A stretch of 64,000 bases of DNA from Candidatus Danuiimicrobium aquiferis. GTDB lineage: Bacteria > Omnitrophota > Omnitrophia > Omnitrophales > Danuiimicrobiaceae. Both the position numbers and the translations under genes were made by a program. Below, one piece after another: positions 27,604 through 37,907 of this stretch. The notes under the pieces were generated by a model. It searched no databases and had not been told where the DNA came from. It was given only the letters and a program-made list of their open reading frames with translations. The stretch is from positions 46,926 through 110,925 of the forward strand of contig MHFR01000051.1 in assembly GCA_001804285.1 (NCBI GenBank), given 5' to 3'. Positions within the stretch are counted from its first letter, which is position 1. Each line of letters starts with the position of its first letter.

Positions 27604-28392
27604 CTACGGTAAAACAAAATGATTCACCGGCCCATAGCCATGCCCGATTTTATCGGCTTTTTCAATGGCCAGCTGAATAAACTTTTTACTCAAATCGATG
27701 GCGGGCTTCAAATCCAAACCTTTCGCCAGATTCGCCGTAATCGCGGCGGAATAGGTACATCCCGTCCCGTGAGTGTTCGTGCTTAGAATTCTGGGTGAAC
27801 GGAAACATTCAAATTCAACCCCATCCCAAAAAAGATCGATTGCGTCGGCTTCTGCGAATTTAAAATGGCCACCCTTGATAAGCACGGCCGACATTCCCAA
27901 CCCTTTAATTTTTTTGGCGGCGGTTTTCATTTCTTCGAAATTTTCTATGGTGTGGCCAGAAAGGCTCTCGGCTTCGTGAATATTGGGAGTGACTAAAGTA
28001 GCCAGCGGGAGCAGTTCTGTTTTTAAGGCATCGATTGAATGTTGATCGAGCAAAGCTTTGTCGTGCTTGCTAATCATAACGGGATCCACCACAAGCGGAA
28101 TGTGTAGGTGCCGGATAGAGTCAGCTACGGCCCTGATAATTGTCTCATTTCCCAGAGCCCCGGTTTTGATTGCGTTAGGCGGGATATCTTCAAGTACCGC
28201 CTCGATTTGGGCTCGTACCATGGACGGTTCTATCAATAAAACATCTTTTACGCGCGTGGTGTTCTGAACCGTCAGGAGTGTAATGGCAGTCATTCCGTAA
28301 ACACCAAACTGGTGAAACGTCTTAAGATCGGCTTGTATCCCTGCCCCGCCGGACGGATCAGAACCGGCAATGGTTAATGCAGTCGGTCTCAT
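27604..28392 (-). CDS. thiD: Hydroxymethylpyrimidine/phosphomethylpyrimidine kinase
   Basis: MRPTALTIAGSDPSGGAGIQADLKTFHQFGVYGMTAITLLTVQNT matches the ThiD/PdxK family N-terminus. Confidence 0.85.
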   Translation of the reverse strand: MRPTALTIAGSDPSGGAGIQADLKTFHQFGVYGMTAITLLTVQNTTRVKDVLLIEPSMVRAQIEAVLEDIPPNAIKTGALGNETIIRAVADSIRHLHIPLVVDPVMISKHDKALLDQHSIDALKTELLPLATLVTPNIHEAESLSGHTIENFEEMKTAAKKIKGLGMSAVLIKGGHFKFAEADAIDLFWDGVEFECFRSPRILSTNTHGTGCTYSAAITANLAKGLDLKPAIDLSKKFIQLAIEKADKIGHGYGPVNHFVLP

Positions 28393-29003
28393 GTAGGATT
28401 TGTAAGCACAAAAATTGCGTTCAACGCAAACATGTTCGGGAAAAAATTCATTTCCTTTTTGTGGGCTAAATAAAACGATTTTAACACTTTCAGTTTTTTG
28501 TCGTGTGCGTAATCCTGAAAATCCTTAATGCTGAGAAAGTGAAGGTTTGGTGTCGTATACCAATGGTATGGAAGCGACCGTGTAATGGGTACCCGCCCGC
28601 GAAAGAAGATCCGGAAGCGTGCCTTGAAATACGCGAAATTCGGAAACCCGACAATAATTTTTGTTCCGACACGAAGCGCTTCATGAATGACAAATTCAAC
28701 ATTCTTGGTTTCCTGCATGCTCTGGTTCAGGAGCACATAATCGAAGGATTTATCGGGATATCCTTTCAGCCCGACTTCAATATCGCCGTGGAAAACGCTG
28801 ACGCCTTTTTCGACGCATTTATAAATTGCGCCTTCGTTGAGTTCAATCCCCTGGACCTTTGCTTTTCGCTCAACCGCAAGGTGGTAAAGCAAATCGCCGT
28901 CTCCGCAGCCGAGATCCAGGACTCGCGCTTCCGGTTCAATCAAGTCGCAGATGATTTTGTGATCCAACCGCTCGATTTTATGAATCTTTTTTACGCCATC
29001 CAT
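28389..29003 (-). CDS. metW: Methionine biosynthesis protein MetW
   Basis: LDLGCGDGDLLYHL is a methyltransferase-like fold. It sits directly downstream of metX, which is the canonical metXW pairing. Confidence 0.8.
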   Translation of the reverse strand: MDGVKKIHKIERLDHKIICDLIEPEARVLDLGCGDGDLLYHLAVERKAKVQGIELNEGAIYKCVEKGVSVFHGDIEVGLKGYPDKSFDYVLLNQSMQETKNVEFVIHEALRVGTKIIVGFPNFAYFKARFRIFFRGRVPITRSLPYHWYTTPNLHFLSIKDFQDYAHDKKLKVLKSFYLAHKKEMNFFPNMFALNAIFVLTNPT

Positions 29004-29032
29004 AAAAAACTCCTTCCGAAAAAACAGGAAAG

Positions 29033-30166
29033 CTACTGTTGATAGGTTGCGTGCAGAAAATGTTTAATCAGTTGTGTTTGCTCGTCGATTTCCAACAAAA
29101 ACGCATCGTGCCCGTAGGTCGACTTAATTTCACAATACGTGACGTCTACATGTCTCATCCGGAGCTGTTGAACAATTTCTTTGGACTGGTAAGACGGATA
29201 AAGCCAGTCCGATTTAAATGCAATGACCAAAAACCGGGTCGATACCGTTGTTCCTTTCGGAAACAGCTTATCTTCCGACAAATCAAAGTAATCCATCGCT
29301 TTCGTGATATATAAATAGGAATTTGCGTCGAATCTCTTAACGAAATTATCCCCGCGCGAACGCAAATAGCCCTCGACTTCAAAATCCGCCTTAAAACTGA
29401 AACTGTAATTATCCGTTTTCAGTTTCCTGGAAAATTTTGCTTCCATCGATTGATCGCTCATATAGGTGATATGACCGATCATCCGGGCAACCGAAAGCCC
29501 GCGTTCAGGCTGGCGGCCGCTGTCGTAATAATGTCCTTCCTGCCAATCCGGGTCAGACATGACCGCTTGACGTCCCACCTCATCGAACGCAATCTGCTGA
29601 GGAGAATGTTTGAGCGTACACGCAATCGGAATAGAACACCTCACCATTTCCGGGAAGTTGGCCACCCATTGAAGCGCCTGCATCCCGCCCATCGACCCGC
29701 CTGTGACACATAAAAGTTTTTCAATTCCCAAATGTTCAATTAAATGTTTTTGCGCATTCACCATATCGGAAACTGTGATAATGGGAAAATCAAGCGCGTA
29801 GGGTTTGTGTGTTTTGGGATTAATGGACGCCGGTCCCGTACTTCCCTTGCAACCGCCGATGACATTTGAGCAAATCACAAAATATTTTGTGGTATCAAAC
29901 GCTTTTCCGGGACCGATCATGTTGTCCCACCAGCCGGGTTTGTCGTCGTCTTCGTGATAACCAGCGGCGTGCGCATCGCCGGAAAACGCCTGTAAAATTA
30001 AAATGGCATTTGTTTTATCGCCATTTAATTCACCGTAAGTTTCATACGCGAGCGTAAGGGGCCCAAGTTTTTCACCGGATTCGAGCGTGAGCTCGTCCGG
30101 TGCTTCCGCGAATGTGAAAAATCGAGGTTCAACAATTCCAACGTTATTTTGATCTGTACGGCTCAT
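29033..30166 (-). CDS. metX: Homoserine O-acetyltransferase
   Basis: [32 protein letters not shown] ... is the MetX alpha/beta-hydrolase family signature. The internal ATG (MSRTDQ) abuts the metY stop. The ORF-track start at 30235 would overlap metY. Confidence 0.85.
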   Translation of the reverse strand: MSRTDQNNVGIVEPRFFTFAEAPDELTLESGEKLGPLTLAYETYGELNGDKTNAILILQAFSGDAHAAGYHEDDDKPGWWDNMIGPGKAFDTTKYFVICSNVIGGCKGSTGPASINPKTHKPYALDFPIITVSDMVNAQKHLIEHLGIEKLLCVTGGSMGGMQALQWVANFPEMVRCSIPIACTLKHSPQQIAFDEVGRQAVMSDPDWQEGHYYDSGRQPERGLSVARMIGHITYMSDQSMEAKFSRKLKTDNYSFSFKADFEVEGYLRSRGDNFVKRFDANSYLYITKAMDYFDLSEDKLFPKGTTVSTRFLVIAFKSDWLYPSYQSKEIVQQLRMRHVDVTYCEIKSTYGHDAFLLEIDEQTQLIKHFLHATYQQ

Positions 30167-30167
30167 T

Positions 30168-31472
30168 TTAACTTTTCCCTTTTGACTTAGCGAGAGCCTG
30201 TTCAATATCGGAAATGACATCATCAATATGTTCAAGCCCGATCGAAAGCCGGATAAAATCCTCCGTGACGCCCGTTGCTAATTGTTCCTCTTTTGAAAGC
30301 TGCTGATGGGTCGTGCTTGCCGGATGAATCGCCAGTGTTTTTGCGTCGCCAACATTGGCAACATGCGAAATCAACTCAAGCGAATCAATAAACGCCTTCC
30401 CGCTTGCAGCGCCGCCCTTAATCCCAAACCCGATAATTGCACCCGCACCTTTTGGCAAATATTTTTTTACTTTCGCAAGTTCCGGGCTCGAGGCAAGGCC
30501 CGGATAATTCACCCAACCGACAGCCGGATGTTTTTCTAAATACTGGGCGACGGCTAACGCATTCTCCGAGTGGCGCGGCATCCGAAGATGCAGGGTTTCC
30601 AATCCCTGCAAAAATAAAAAGGCATTAAACGGTGACATGGCCGGCCCCATATCCCGTAACAACGTGACGCGCGCTTTGATAATATAAGCAATGTTTCCGA
30701 TCGGTTTCAATGCCTCTACAAAGTTAATTCCATGATAGCTTGGGTCAGGATCTGCGATCAGTGGAAACTTTCCGTTCGTCCAGTCAAATTTCCCGGAATC
30801 GACAATGACGCCGCCGATCGACGTTCCGTGCCCGCCGATAAATTTGGTCGCGGAATAAGTAATAATATCGGCTCCGTAATCAAAGGGCTTCAAAAGATAG
30901 GGCGAAACCGTATTATCAATCACGAGCGGTATGCCGTTTTGCCGGGCAATTTCGCTAAGTGCTCCGATATCCGTAACGTTCAGTTTTGGGTTCCCAATCG
31001 ACTCGGCATAAATCGCTTTGGTTTTGGGCGAGATCGCTTTCTTGAACCCGTCCATATCCCCCGATTTGACAAACTTCACATCAATACCAAAACGCTTGAA
31101 GGTATAGTTTAAGAGTGTATAGGTTCCACCATACAAATTATCAGCAGAAACAATCTCGTCTCCGCTCTTCGCAATATTGAGGAGCGCAATGGTAAGGGCT
31201 GATTGGCCGCTCGCAACACCGAGGGCCCCGATACCGCCATCAAGCGCGGCGATTCGCTTTTCAAGAACATCCGTTGTCGGATTCATGAGGCGCGTGTAAA
31301 TATTGCCGAACTCTTTTAATCCGAATAGATTCGCCGCATGTTCGGAATTCTTGAATTGGTAGGAGGTCGTTTGATAAATGGGGACTGCACGCGAGCCCGT
31401 TACCGGATCCGGTTCCTGGCCTGCATGCAGTGCCAGTGTTTCAGGTTTTAATTTTTTCTCGTTTTTTGTCAT
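30168..31472 (-). CDS. metY: O-acetylhomoserine aminocarboxypropyltransferase (sulfhydrylase), PLP-dependent
   Basis: [29 protein letters not shown] fits the Cys/Met-metabolism PLP enzyme family. Length is 434 aa. Confidence 0.85.
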   Translation of the reverse strand: MTKNEKKLKPETLALHAGQEPDPVTGSRAVPIYQTTSYQFKNSEHAANLFGLKEFGNIYTRLMNPTTDVLEKRIAALDGGIGALGVASGQSALTIALLNIAKSGDEIVSADNLYGGTYTLLNYTFKRFGIDVKFVKSGDMDGFKKAISPKTKAIYAESIGNPKLNVTDIGALSEIARQNGIPLVIDNTVSPYLLKPFDYGADIITYSATKFIGGHGTSIGGVIVDSGKFDWTNGKFPLIADPDPSYHGINFVEALKPIGNIAYIIKARVTLLRDMGPAMSPFNAFLFLQGLETLHLRMPRHSENALAVAQYLEKHPAVGWVNYPGLASSPELAKVKKYLPKGAGAIIGFGIKGGAASGKAFIDSLELISHVANVGDAKTLAIHPASTTHQQLSKEEQLATGVTEDFIRLSIGLEHIDDVISDIEQALAKSKGKS

Positions 31473-31508
31473 GTTTTTCTCCCAATCGGGGATGACAGAC
31501 TTATTAAA

Positions 31509-32135
31509 TTAGCATTTCCCTAAAGTCTTCAGATCGGAACGATGCATCACAACGACACCTGATTTTTTCATGCTTTCAAATGCATTTTCGACATCGTCCG
31601 GACGCAATTTAACCCCTTTTACCGCATCCTGAATCACACAGGTTTGATACCCTAAACCAGCCGCGTCAATGGCCGTGTACTTTACACAATAATCGGTTGC
31701 CAGTCCAACAATATAAACCTCCCTAACATTTTGATTCTTTAAATAATCGTCCAAGCCCGTGGCGCTTTTTCTACCATCATCAAAAAAACCGCTGTAGCTG
31801 TCAATTTTAGGATCGGCTCCTTTATAAAACACCCGCTCAATCCTTTCCGGGTTCAAATGGTCAACAAATTCAGCCCCCTTTGTGTTTTGGACACAATGAT
31901 CCGGCCATAGGATGTGCTTGATACCGTCAGTTTCGATAACTTCCCCTGTTTTTTTACCGTGCGTCGATGCAAAACTAATATGATTTTTAGGATGCCAATC
32001 CTTCGTTGCCACAACGATGTCAAAGCATGTTTGCAATTGATTAATCACCCGAATGATTGAAACTCCATCCGGAACCGCCAACGATCCCCCCTGAACAAAA
32101 TCTTTTTGCAGATCGACGATAATAAGCGCTTTCAT
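31509..32135 (-). CDS. pncA: Nicotinamidase / isochorismatase-family hydrolase
   Basis: MKALIIVDLQKDFVQGGSLAVPDG ... ATKDWHPKNHISFA ... ATDYCVKYTAID gives the D/K/C catalytic triad context. It is adjacent to pncB. Confidence 0.8.
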   Translation of the reverse strand: MKALIIVDLQKDFVQGGSLAVPDGVSIIRVINQLQTCFDIVVATKDWHPKNHISFASTHGKKTGEVIETDGIKHILWPDHCVQNTKGAEFVDHLNPERIERVFYKGADPKIDSYSGFFDDGRKSATGLDDYLKNQNVREVYIVGLATDYCVKYTAIDAAGLGYQTCVIQDAVKGVKLRPDDVENAFESMKKSGVVVMHRSDLKTLGKC

Positions 32136-32182
32136 AAGGCATATTCTCTCAAATTATTGTATCTATGCATTGCTCCAGTTAC

Positions 32183-32217
32183 TTCCTCCCCTTGATGGGG
32201 GAGGACAGAGGTGAGGG
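32183..32217. repeat. Family-C palindromic repeat, intergenic pncA/pncB
   Basis: CTTCCTCCCCTTGATGGGGGAGGACAGAGGTGAGGG. Confidence 0.65.
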
Positions 32218-32259
32218 AAATCTGTTAATCACTTCAAAACACTAAATAATTACCCAATA

Positions 32260-33741
32260 TTAAACAGCTGCTTGGTGCAGTTTTTTTGTTTTTAATACCA
32301 AATTTGTTTTTAAATCAAATAGCGACTTTTCAATCCCGGCCGGATATCGGTGGGGATTAACAAAACGTTTAATCCCTGAATGAAACCGCTCAAGTTCATC
32401 GTGAACTTTTATGCGAATATCCCGAATGGATGGCATCTCGTATACGCATTTCCCGCTCCGGAAAACAGGAACTAACAAATCCGAAAAACTTGTACTGGCT
32501 TCAATTATTTTTTGCCTCGTCATATCCGTCTGATCAACAATTGTACAACCCTTCGACAAATCCGTTCCTTCGTCGTAAATAACATCGGCAATATTTTCCC
32601 CCGCTTTGAAATAGCGCCTGACCTGATGAATGCCGGGATTATTAATTTTAATGGTTTGTTCTGAAATTTTAACTTTATATTGCCATTTTTCATTCCGGTT
32701 CCGGATTGCGGACAATTTGTAAATGCCGCCGAGCGCCGGATCATCGTGAGCAGTTACAAGTTTCGTTCCGATTCCCCAAATGTCTACTTTTCCCCCTTCA
32801 TGCTTAACACTGGCGATCGTATGTTCGTCGAGTTCATTGCTGACAACCACTTTAACGTTCGGAAAGCCCGCGTCATCGAGCATTTTCCGAGCCAGCCGGC
32901 TTAGGTAAGCCAGATCGCCTGAATCCAAACGGATTCCGATCAATTTATGCCCCTCGGCCCGCATTTCCTTCGCGACGTGAATGGCACGATTAATCCCATC
33001 GATTGAATCATAGGTATCTACAAGAAATATACAATTATTCGGAATTGCCTTTGCATACGCCCGAAACGCTTCCAATTCATCGCCAAACGCCATGACCCAA
33101 CTATGAGCATGCGTTCCCTTGACCGGAATGCCGAACAACTTTCCCGCAAGCACATTGCTGGTAGACGAACACCCGCCTATATAGGATGCTCTGCTCGCGG
33201 CGAGTGCGCCATCAATGCCTTGCGCGCGCCTCATCCCAAATTCAACCACATCATCACCTTCCGCAGCAAGACAAACCCGGGCGGCTTTCGTGGCGATTAA
33301 TGTTTGAAAATTGATAAAGTTTAAAAATACCGATTCCAAAATTTGGCTCTGAATGAGCGGCCCTTTGACGCGAACAAGCGGTTCGTGAGGAAACACAACC
33401 GTTCCTTCCGGGACAGCGTCCAAGTCGCATTCAAAACGGAAGCCGGAGAGATATTTTAAAAATTCAGAATTAAAAATCGGCTTGCCGTCTATCCCGTGAA
33501 ATGACGCCAAATGATTTAAATCGTCATCCGCAAACCGGAAATGCTTCAAATAATCAATCACATACTCAAGTCCGCACGCGACGGCAAAACCGCCCTGAAA
33601 TGGATTGTTCCGGAAAGTCAGATGAAAGACGGCTTCTTTGTCTTGAATGCCTGCTTTCCAATAGCCGTAGGCCATGGTCAGTTCATAAAAATCCGTGAAC
33701 AGCGCGAGCGATGGATGGAAAAGCAGTTTTTGTTCGGCCAT
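32260..33741 (-). CDS. pncB: Nicotinate phosphoribosyltransferase
   Basis: FHPSLALFTDFYELTMAYGYWKAGIQDKEAVFHLTFRNNPFQGGFAVACGLE matches the NAPRTase N-terminus. Confidence 0.85.
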   Translation of the reverse strand: MAEQKLLFHPSLALFTDFYELTMAYGYWKAGIQDKEAVFHLTFRNNPFQGGFAVACGLEYVIDYLKHFRFADDDLNHLASFHGIDGKPIFNSEFLKYLSGFRFECDLDAVPEGTVVFPHEPLVRVKGPLIQSQILESVFLNFINFQTLIATKAARVCLAAEGDDVVEFGMRRAQGIDGALAASRASYIGGCSSTSNVLAGKLFGIPVKGTHAHSWVMAFGDELEAFRAYAKAIPNNCIFLVDTYDSIDGINRAIHVAKEMRAEGHKLIGIRLDSGDLAYLSRLARKMLDDAGFPNVKVVVSNELDEHTIASVKHEGGKVDIWGIGTKLVTAHDDPALGGIYKLSAIRNRNEKWQYKVKISEQTIKINNPGIHQVRRYFKAGENIADVIYDEGTDLSKGCTIVDQTDMTRQKIIEASTSFSDLLVPVFRSGKCVYEMPSIRDIRIKVHDELERFHSGIKRFVNPHRYPAGIEKSLFDLKTNLVLKTKKLHQAAV

Positions 33742-33742
33742 A

Positions 33743-34603
33743 TTAAACTCCTGCGGTATTTTTTATTATACCACTTTCGATAATGATCTTTTCAAATTCC
33801 TTAATCCGTTCTGCATTTCCCCGTTTCTTCGCACCCTCGAGGACAATCTGACATTTCCGCCTAAGTTCGGCAAACGTTAATTCAACATGGGCTTGAGTGA
33901 GAATTCCCGACTGCAACATTTTCATCATCGCATAAACCCGGTAGCGGTCTAGTGTGTCAATTGTTCGGGAGAGCTGATCTTCATGTCCACCATATTTAAT
34001 CACGAATGCTTCGTCAATTAATCCGACTTGATATTTTGCACTGATCCGGAGCCACAGATCATAATCTTCACAGGCCGGAAACGATTCGTCAAAAAGGCCG
34101 GTTTCATCGAAAATGGTGCGGTGCATCATCACGGCCGAAGGACTAATCACGCACAAAGAAAGACATTTTTCGTAAATCCAGCCGCCAAATTTTTGATGTT
34201 TTTTCATCGGGTTGACGCGTTTCCCGTTTCTGATCCAAATTTCTTCCGTCTGGCAAATCAGGCAGTCCGGGTTCTTTTTAAAAAACCGGATTTGTGCATC
34301 GATCTTTCCGGATTTCCATTCATCATCCGAATCCAGAAATGAAATTAACTTGGCCCTCGAATTCTGGATGCCTAAATTGCGCGCGGCTGCAGGTCCTTTA
34401 TTGGGTTGATGCAGATATTTGATTTCAGAATGCTGTTTAGATAACCTGTCAATCATCGCAGCGGTTTCATCCGTAGAACCATCATCAACAATAATAAGCT
34501 CGAAAGATGAGCCTTCTTGCGTGAATACAGAATTGATTGCGCGCCGCAGAACGTGCGCGCGATTGTAAGTGGGAATGATTACGCTAACGGATGGAAAGGC
34601 CAT
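33743..34603 (-). CDS. Glycosyltransferase family 2
   Basis: MAFPSVSVIIPTYNRAHVLRRAINSVFTQEGSSFELIIVDDGSTDET. The internal ATG is preferred because the ORF-track start would overlap lpxL. Confidence 0.8.
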   Translation of the reverse strand: MAFPSVSVIIPTYNRAHVLRRAINSVFTQEGSSFELIIVDDGSTDETAAMIDRLSKQHSEIKYLHQPNKGPAAARNLGIQNSRAKLISFLDSDDEWKSGKIDAQIRFFKKNPDCLICQTEEIWIRNGKRVNPMKKHQKFGGWIYEKCLSLCVISPSAVMMHRTIFDETGLFDESFPACEDYDLWLRISAKYQVGLIDEAFVIKYGGHEDQLSRTIDTLDRYRVYAMMKMLQSGILTQAHVELTFAELRRKCQIVLEGAKKRGNAERIKEFEKIIIESGIIKNTAGV

Positions 34604-34608
34604 ATGAA

Positions 34609-35550
34609 TCAGATATCTTTGGGCCGTTTTTTCCACCGACGGTGGTACCAAGCCCATTGCCACGGATATTGTTTAATAAGATCTTCAAAAAAGTGATTTA
34701 TTTTAAGCGTTGTTTCGTATTCCCAATTTTCGGATGATTGATCGACCCGAAATTCGGGACTGATGACAAGCCTATATTTTCCGGGTTTTATTCGCACACA
34801 GGAAATCGCAACGATCGGCGCTTGACACTTTACCGCCAACCGAACCGGAAATGTGGTAGTGGCTGTCGGAACATTAAAGAATGGAATCCACTTTCCGTCT
34901 GAGCCCGCCCATTGGTCAATCAAAAGCGCGATCACTTCGTTGTTTTTAATTTTCCGCATAATTACCCGGATGGATTCGTTTTTATCCGCGTACTTAAGAC
35001 CGGTTGAGTGGCGCAGATGTTCAATCCACCGATACAAATAACGATTCCGGAAACTTTTACCGATCACCGTACAAGTAAATTTTAGCAAATGTGGAATAAA
35101 GGCGGTATATTCCCACGAGCCCAAATGTGCCATGACAAACACAACGCCCTTTCCTTCCAAAAGCCCGTTTGACAAATGTTCTCCGCCGGAAAGCGTAAAA
35201 CGATCTTTCTGATCTGCAATGGTTTTTTCCGTGCGCATGAATTCCATGACGGATGTTATTAAATTCTGAAAAGATTTTCGCGCGATTCGTTTTTTCTCGT
35301 TGGCCGGGATCGTGTTGCCGTACGCAAGGTCTAAATTGTAAAGCGCAATCTTTCGTCTCTTCCCGGCAACAAAATAAGCAAGATCACCGATCCGGCAAGA
35401 AATCCATGACGCCCATTCAATCGGAATCACACCAATTCCAAACGCGACGAGCCGGATAACGCAATAAATCAAAAATTCAAGCGGCGGCAAATCAAGCCTC
35501 CGCTTCGGCTGATTTTGTTTTTCAATAAATTTTGGTAAGCTGTTTGACAT
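34609..35550 (-). CDS. Lipid A biosynthesis lauroyl/myristoyl acyltransferase (LpxL/HtrB family)
   Basis: There is an N-terminal TM segment. The family pattern IALYNLDLAYGN ... VMAHLGSWEY ... is present. Confidence 0.75.
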   Translation of the reverse strand: MSNSLPKFIEKQNQPKRRLDLPPLEFLIYCVIRLVAFGIGVIPIEWASWISCRIGDLAYFVAGKRRKIALYNLDLAYGNTIPANEKKRIARKSFQNLITSVMEFMRTEKTIADQKDRFTLSGGEHLSNGLLEGKGVVFVMAHLGSWEYTAFIPHLLKFTCTVIGKSFRNRYLYRWIEHLRHSTGLKYADKNESIRVIMRKIKNNEVIALLIDQWAGSDGKWIPFFNVPTATTTFPVRLAVKCQAPIVAISCVRIKPGKYRLVISPEFRVDQSSENWEYETTLKINHFFEDLIKQYPWQWAWYHRRWKKRPKDI

Positions 35551-35574
35551 GGTTTTTAAAAAGTAGTGGATGAT

Positions 35575-36450
35575 TTAGACGGGTTGAGTTTTTGTTTGAA
35601 CCGGCACGGCAAATGTGTTTCGGATCGGTTGTGTGATTTCCAGAAATGTGGTTGCATCGGGTACGTAATTGTTTTTCATGGTTTGCGTGGATTCGAAAGT
35701 TTTCGAGATCCGGTTTAGACGGTCAGTGGAAATGGGATGCGTTTGAAGATAATCATAAACATATGCATGATTCAAATCATTCACATCCGTTAACCGTTCA
35801 AACAGTTCGATTAGCACCGTCGGATCATAGCCGCTTTTGAGTAGATATTGAATTGCGTGTTCATCCGCGTCATAGATTCGGTCTTCCTGTGATTTCACCG
35901 AACCGAGCTTCTTACTCATAAAAGCAAGCCCGATCGTTGCGAATGATCCGTAAGGGGGAAAAGCCGGTGCGACCATTGTCCCTGCATTGAGTACCCCTTG
36001 TAGAATCTTTTTCATCCTTGAGGTTCGCGGGTCGCGGTATTGGAGCGCACCGATTTCAATCGCTAAAATCGCAGCAAGATCCTGTTCGTTTTTTAAAATC
36101 CGGAAAGCGCCTGTTGTCAAATAAATATACCCACCCGGTGCGTTTAGTGCGTAAACCCGCTCATCATTGAGTAATATAAATTGGTATTGCAGATCCCTTC
36201 GTTCAGCAAAAGCAGAGACATTGCGACCGACGGTATTGACATACTCAGAAATCAGGGGCTGATCGTAAACGGGCACCATCCCCAAGATTTGCTGATTGAT
36301 CGTTTTTCCGACTTCAGATTCTGCAGGCAGAAAAGAAGTGCTTACCGGCACATGATCATCAACTTGATTTATTGTGCACCCAAAGAGAAAGAAAACAATG
36401 CAGATTGCGAGTTCGTTTCTAACGATATTTATCCGGATAGGTTTATTCAT
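35575..36450 (-). CDS. M48-like lipoprotein, predicted catalytically inactive (HExxH degenerated)
   Basis: The lipobox-like N-terminus is ICIVFFLFGC. The M48 fold context is YALNAPGGYIYLTTGAF ... EQDLAAILAIEIGALQY, where the canonical HEIGH reads AIEIGAL. Downstream EHAIQYLLKSGYDPTVLIELF keeps the third-ligand Glu region. Confidence 0.6.
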   Translation of the reverse strand: MNKPIRINIVRNELAICIVFFLFGCTINQVDDHVPVSTSFLPAESEVGKTINQQILGMVPVYDQPLISEYVNTVGRNVSAFAERRDLQYQFILLNDERVYALNAPGGYIYLTTGAFRILKNEQDLAAILAIEIGALQYRDPRTSRMKKILQGVLNAGTMVAPAFPPYGSFATIGLAFMSKKLGSVKSQEDRIYDADEHAIQYLLKSGYDPTVLIELFERLTDVNDLNHAYVYDYLQTHPISTDRLNRISKTFESTQTMKNNYVPDATTFLEITQPIRNTFAVPVQTKTQPV

Positions 36451-36544
36451 CAGAATTTAATCATTGGTAATCGCCCCGTATAAGACATTCGGGACGGTTT
36501 GAAGGTTTTTAATTGATATTTCTTGTCGTTCGTTGTTTCTCAAC

Positions 36545-36860
36545 TTCTAAAAATCCGAATTCCCGAATATCGCCCGCCACAAAGAGTTGGCGGGTCCGCC
36601 ATGTTGTGTGGTGGAACATCCGAAACAAGCCCTAAATTCGAATACCTCAATATTTTAAATAACTTTTGTGATATTTGAATTTTGGATTTCGGATTTGCTT
36701 CGGATTCCGTAATTTCGTGCTTCGAAATTAACCTAACAAACCCTATGCGAATTTGTGAAACAAGGTAATGATAACCTGCGCCCGCCCCGCATAAAACACG
36801 CGGGACAGGTTGTCCGCCACTAAAGCTTAGGCGGATCCACCAACGATTTGTGGTGGACAA
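36545..36860. repeat. Family-B related composite repeat region adjacent to tRNA-Arg
   Basis: It shares TCCGAAACAAGCCCTAAATTCGAAT (reverse complement of 39822-39847), ATATTTGAATTTTGGATTTCGGATTTG (reverse complement of ~39545-39590) and TTTCG.GCTTCGAAATTAACC with the right copy. Short CCGCCAC..N..TGGCGG hairpins also recur at 36569-36600, 36812-36840 and 37323-37350. Confidence 0.65.
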
Positions 36861-36890
36861 ATTTTGATCGATGTTTATTTACAAGTAATT

Positions 36891-36964
36891 TGCGCCCGCC
36901 GAGGATCGAACTCGGAACCTACAGGTTCGAAGCCTGTCACTCTATCCAATTGAGCTACGGGCGC
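36891..36964 (-). tRNA. tRNA-Arg (anticodon TCG)
   Basis: The reverse complement is GCGCCCGTAGCTCAATTGGATAGAGTGACAGGCTTCGAACCTGTAGGTTCCGAGTTCGATCCTCGGCGGGCGCA. The acceptor is GCGCCCG/CGGGCGC. The anticodon stem ACAGG/CCTGT encloses loop CTTCGAA. Confidence 0.85.
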
Positions 36965-37907
36965 ACTAACGGTAATACTTTACTAATGCTTAGGTTATCC
37001 CGCCATAGAATTTTATTTGCAAGATAACCTTTATCGGCCGTCCTTTAGGGCGGGCGCTTTGAAATCTTTTATTTGTAACCCTCAACGGGTTCTTATATAT
37101 GTAAGTGATTGGGTTGTCATGACTTCTTATCAATGAATTAGATTTATTTAAATGTAAGTCATGGCTATCCAGCCGAGCTACAATCTGACATAACCACAAC
37201 CTCTAATTGCCGTTATTTTAACAATTTACAACGATTTATCAAACATTTCTTTCCCCTGAATTTCTTTCCTTGTAAAAAGCAAGGAACTTGCGGATCGTCT
37301 CATTTTGAAAAGCCTTATACTTGTCCGCCACTATTGCGTTGGCGGATCAGCCTTTGGCTGAAAGCGGGGATCCAAAAAATAATTCAAATTCAAATACTGG
37401 ATTTCTGCCTACTGCCTGCGGGAATCTTCCTCTTGCCTTTTCCAATACTAATTTTCGGACGGGTATCTGACATCTATCTTAAAACAACTTACATGATGGT
37501 TAAATGCCGCGTCGAGATCAAGAAATCGCCTTCGCATTTCAAAGCAATCAGATGTCTGTTGCGTTGGCGTGAAATAATTCAGGCATGCATTGTTATCATC
37601 GCCGGACTCAAGATTTTATAACGACTGTAGAAATCAAACTGCGCCAATTTCTAAATACGATTTGGGGCCACGATTTGGGGAAATAAGTATCTTTTTGAAG
37701 GTTTCAGAGGTACTATTGTCTTGCAAAGTAACGCGAGAAGGCGAGGTTTTGCCGCGCGATTGGCGAGCAGACCATTCTGCAAACGGTTTTCATCTTTGTC
37801 TTGAGCCTCTTGCTTGGGTCATTCTGATTTTGTTTAAACTGCGAGTTTTATTCCTGATTTATGAGAATTCTTGCAATGATAATATCGAGATTAAGAAAGG
37901 ACACGGC

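Noticed and set aside
36540-36860. 106-aa minus-strand ORF next to tRNA-Arg
   Set aside because: It translates straight through family-B repeat modules and short CCGCCAC/TGGCGG hairpins. It has no RBS or recognisable motif, so it is treated as non-coding repeat DNA.
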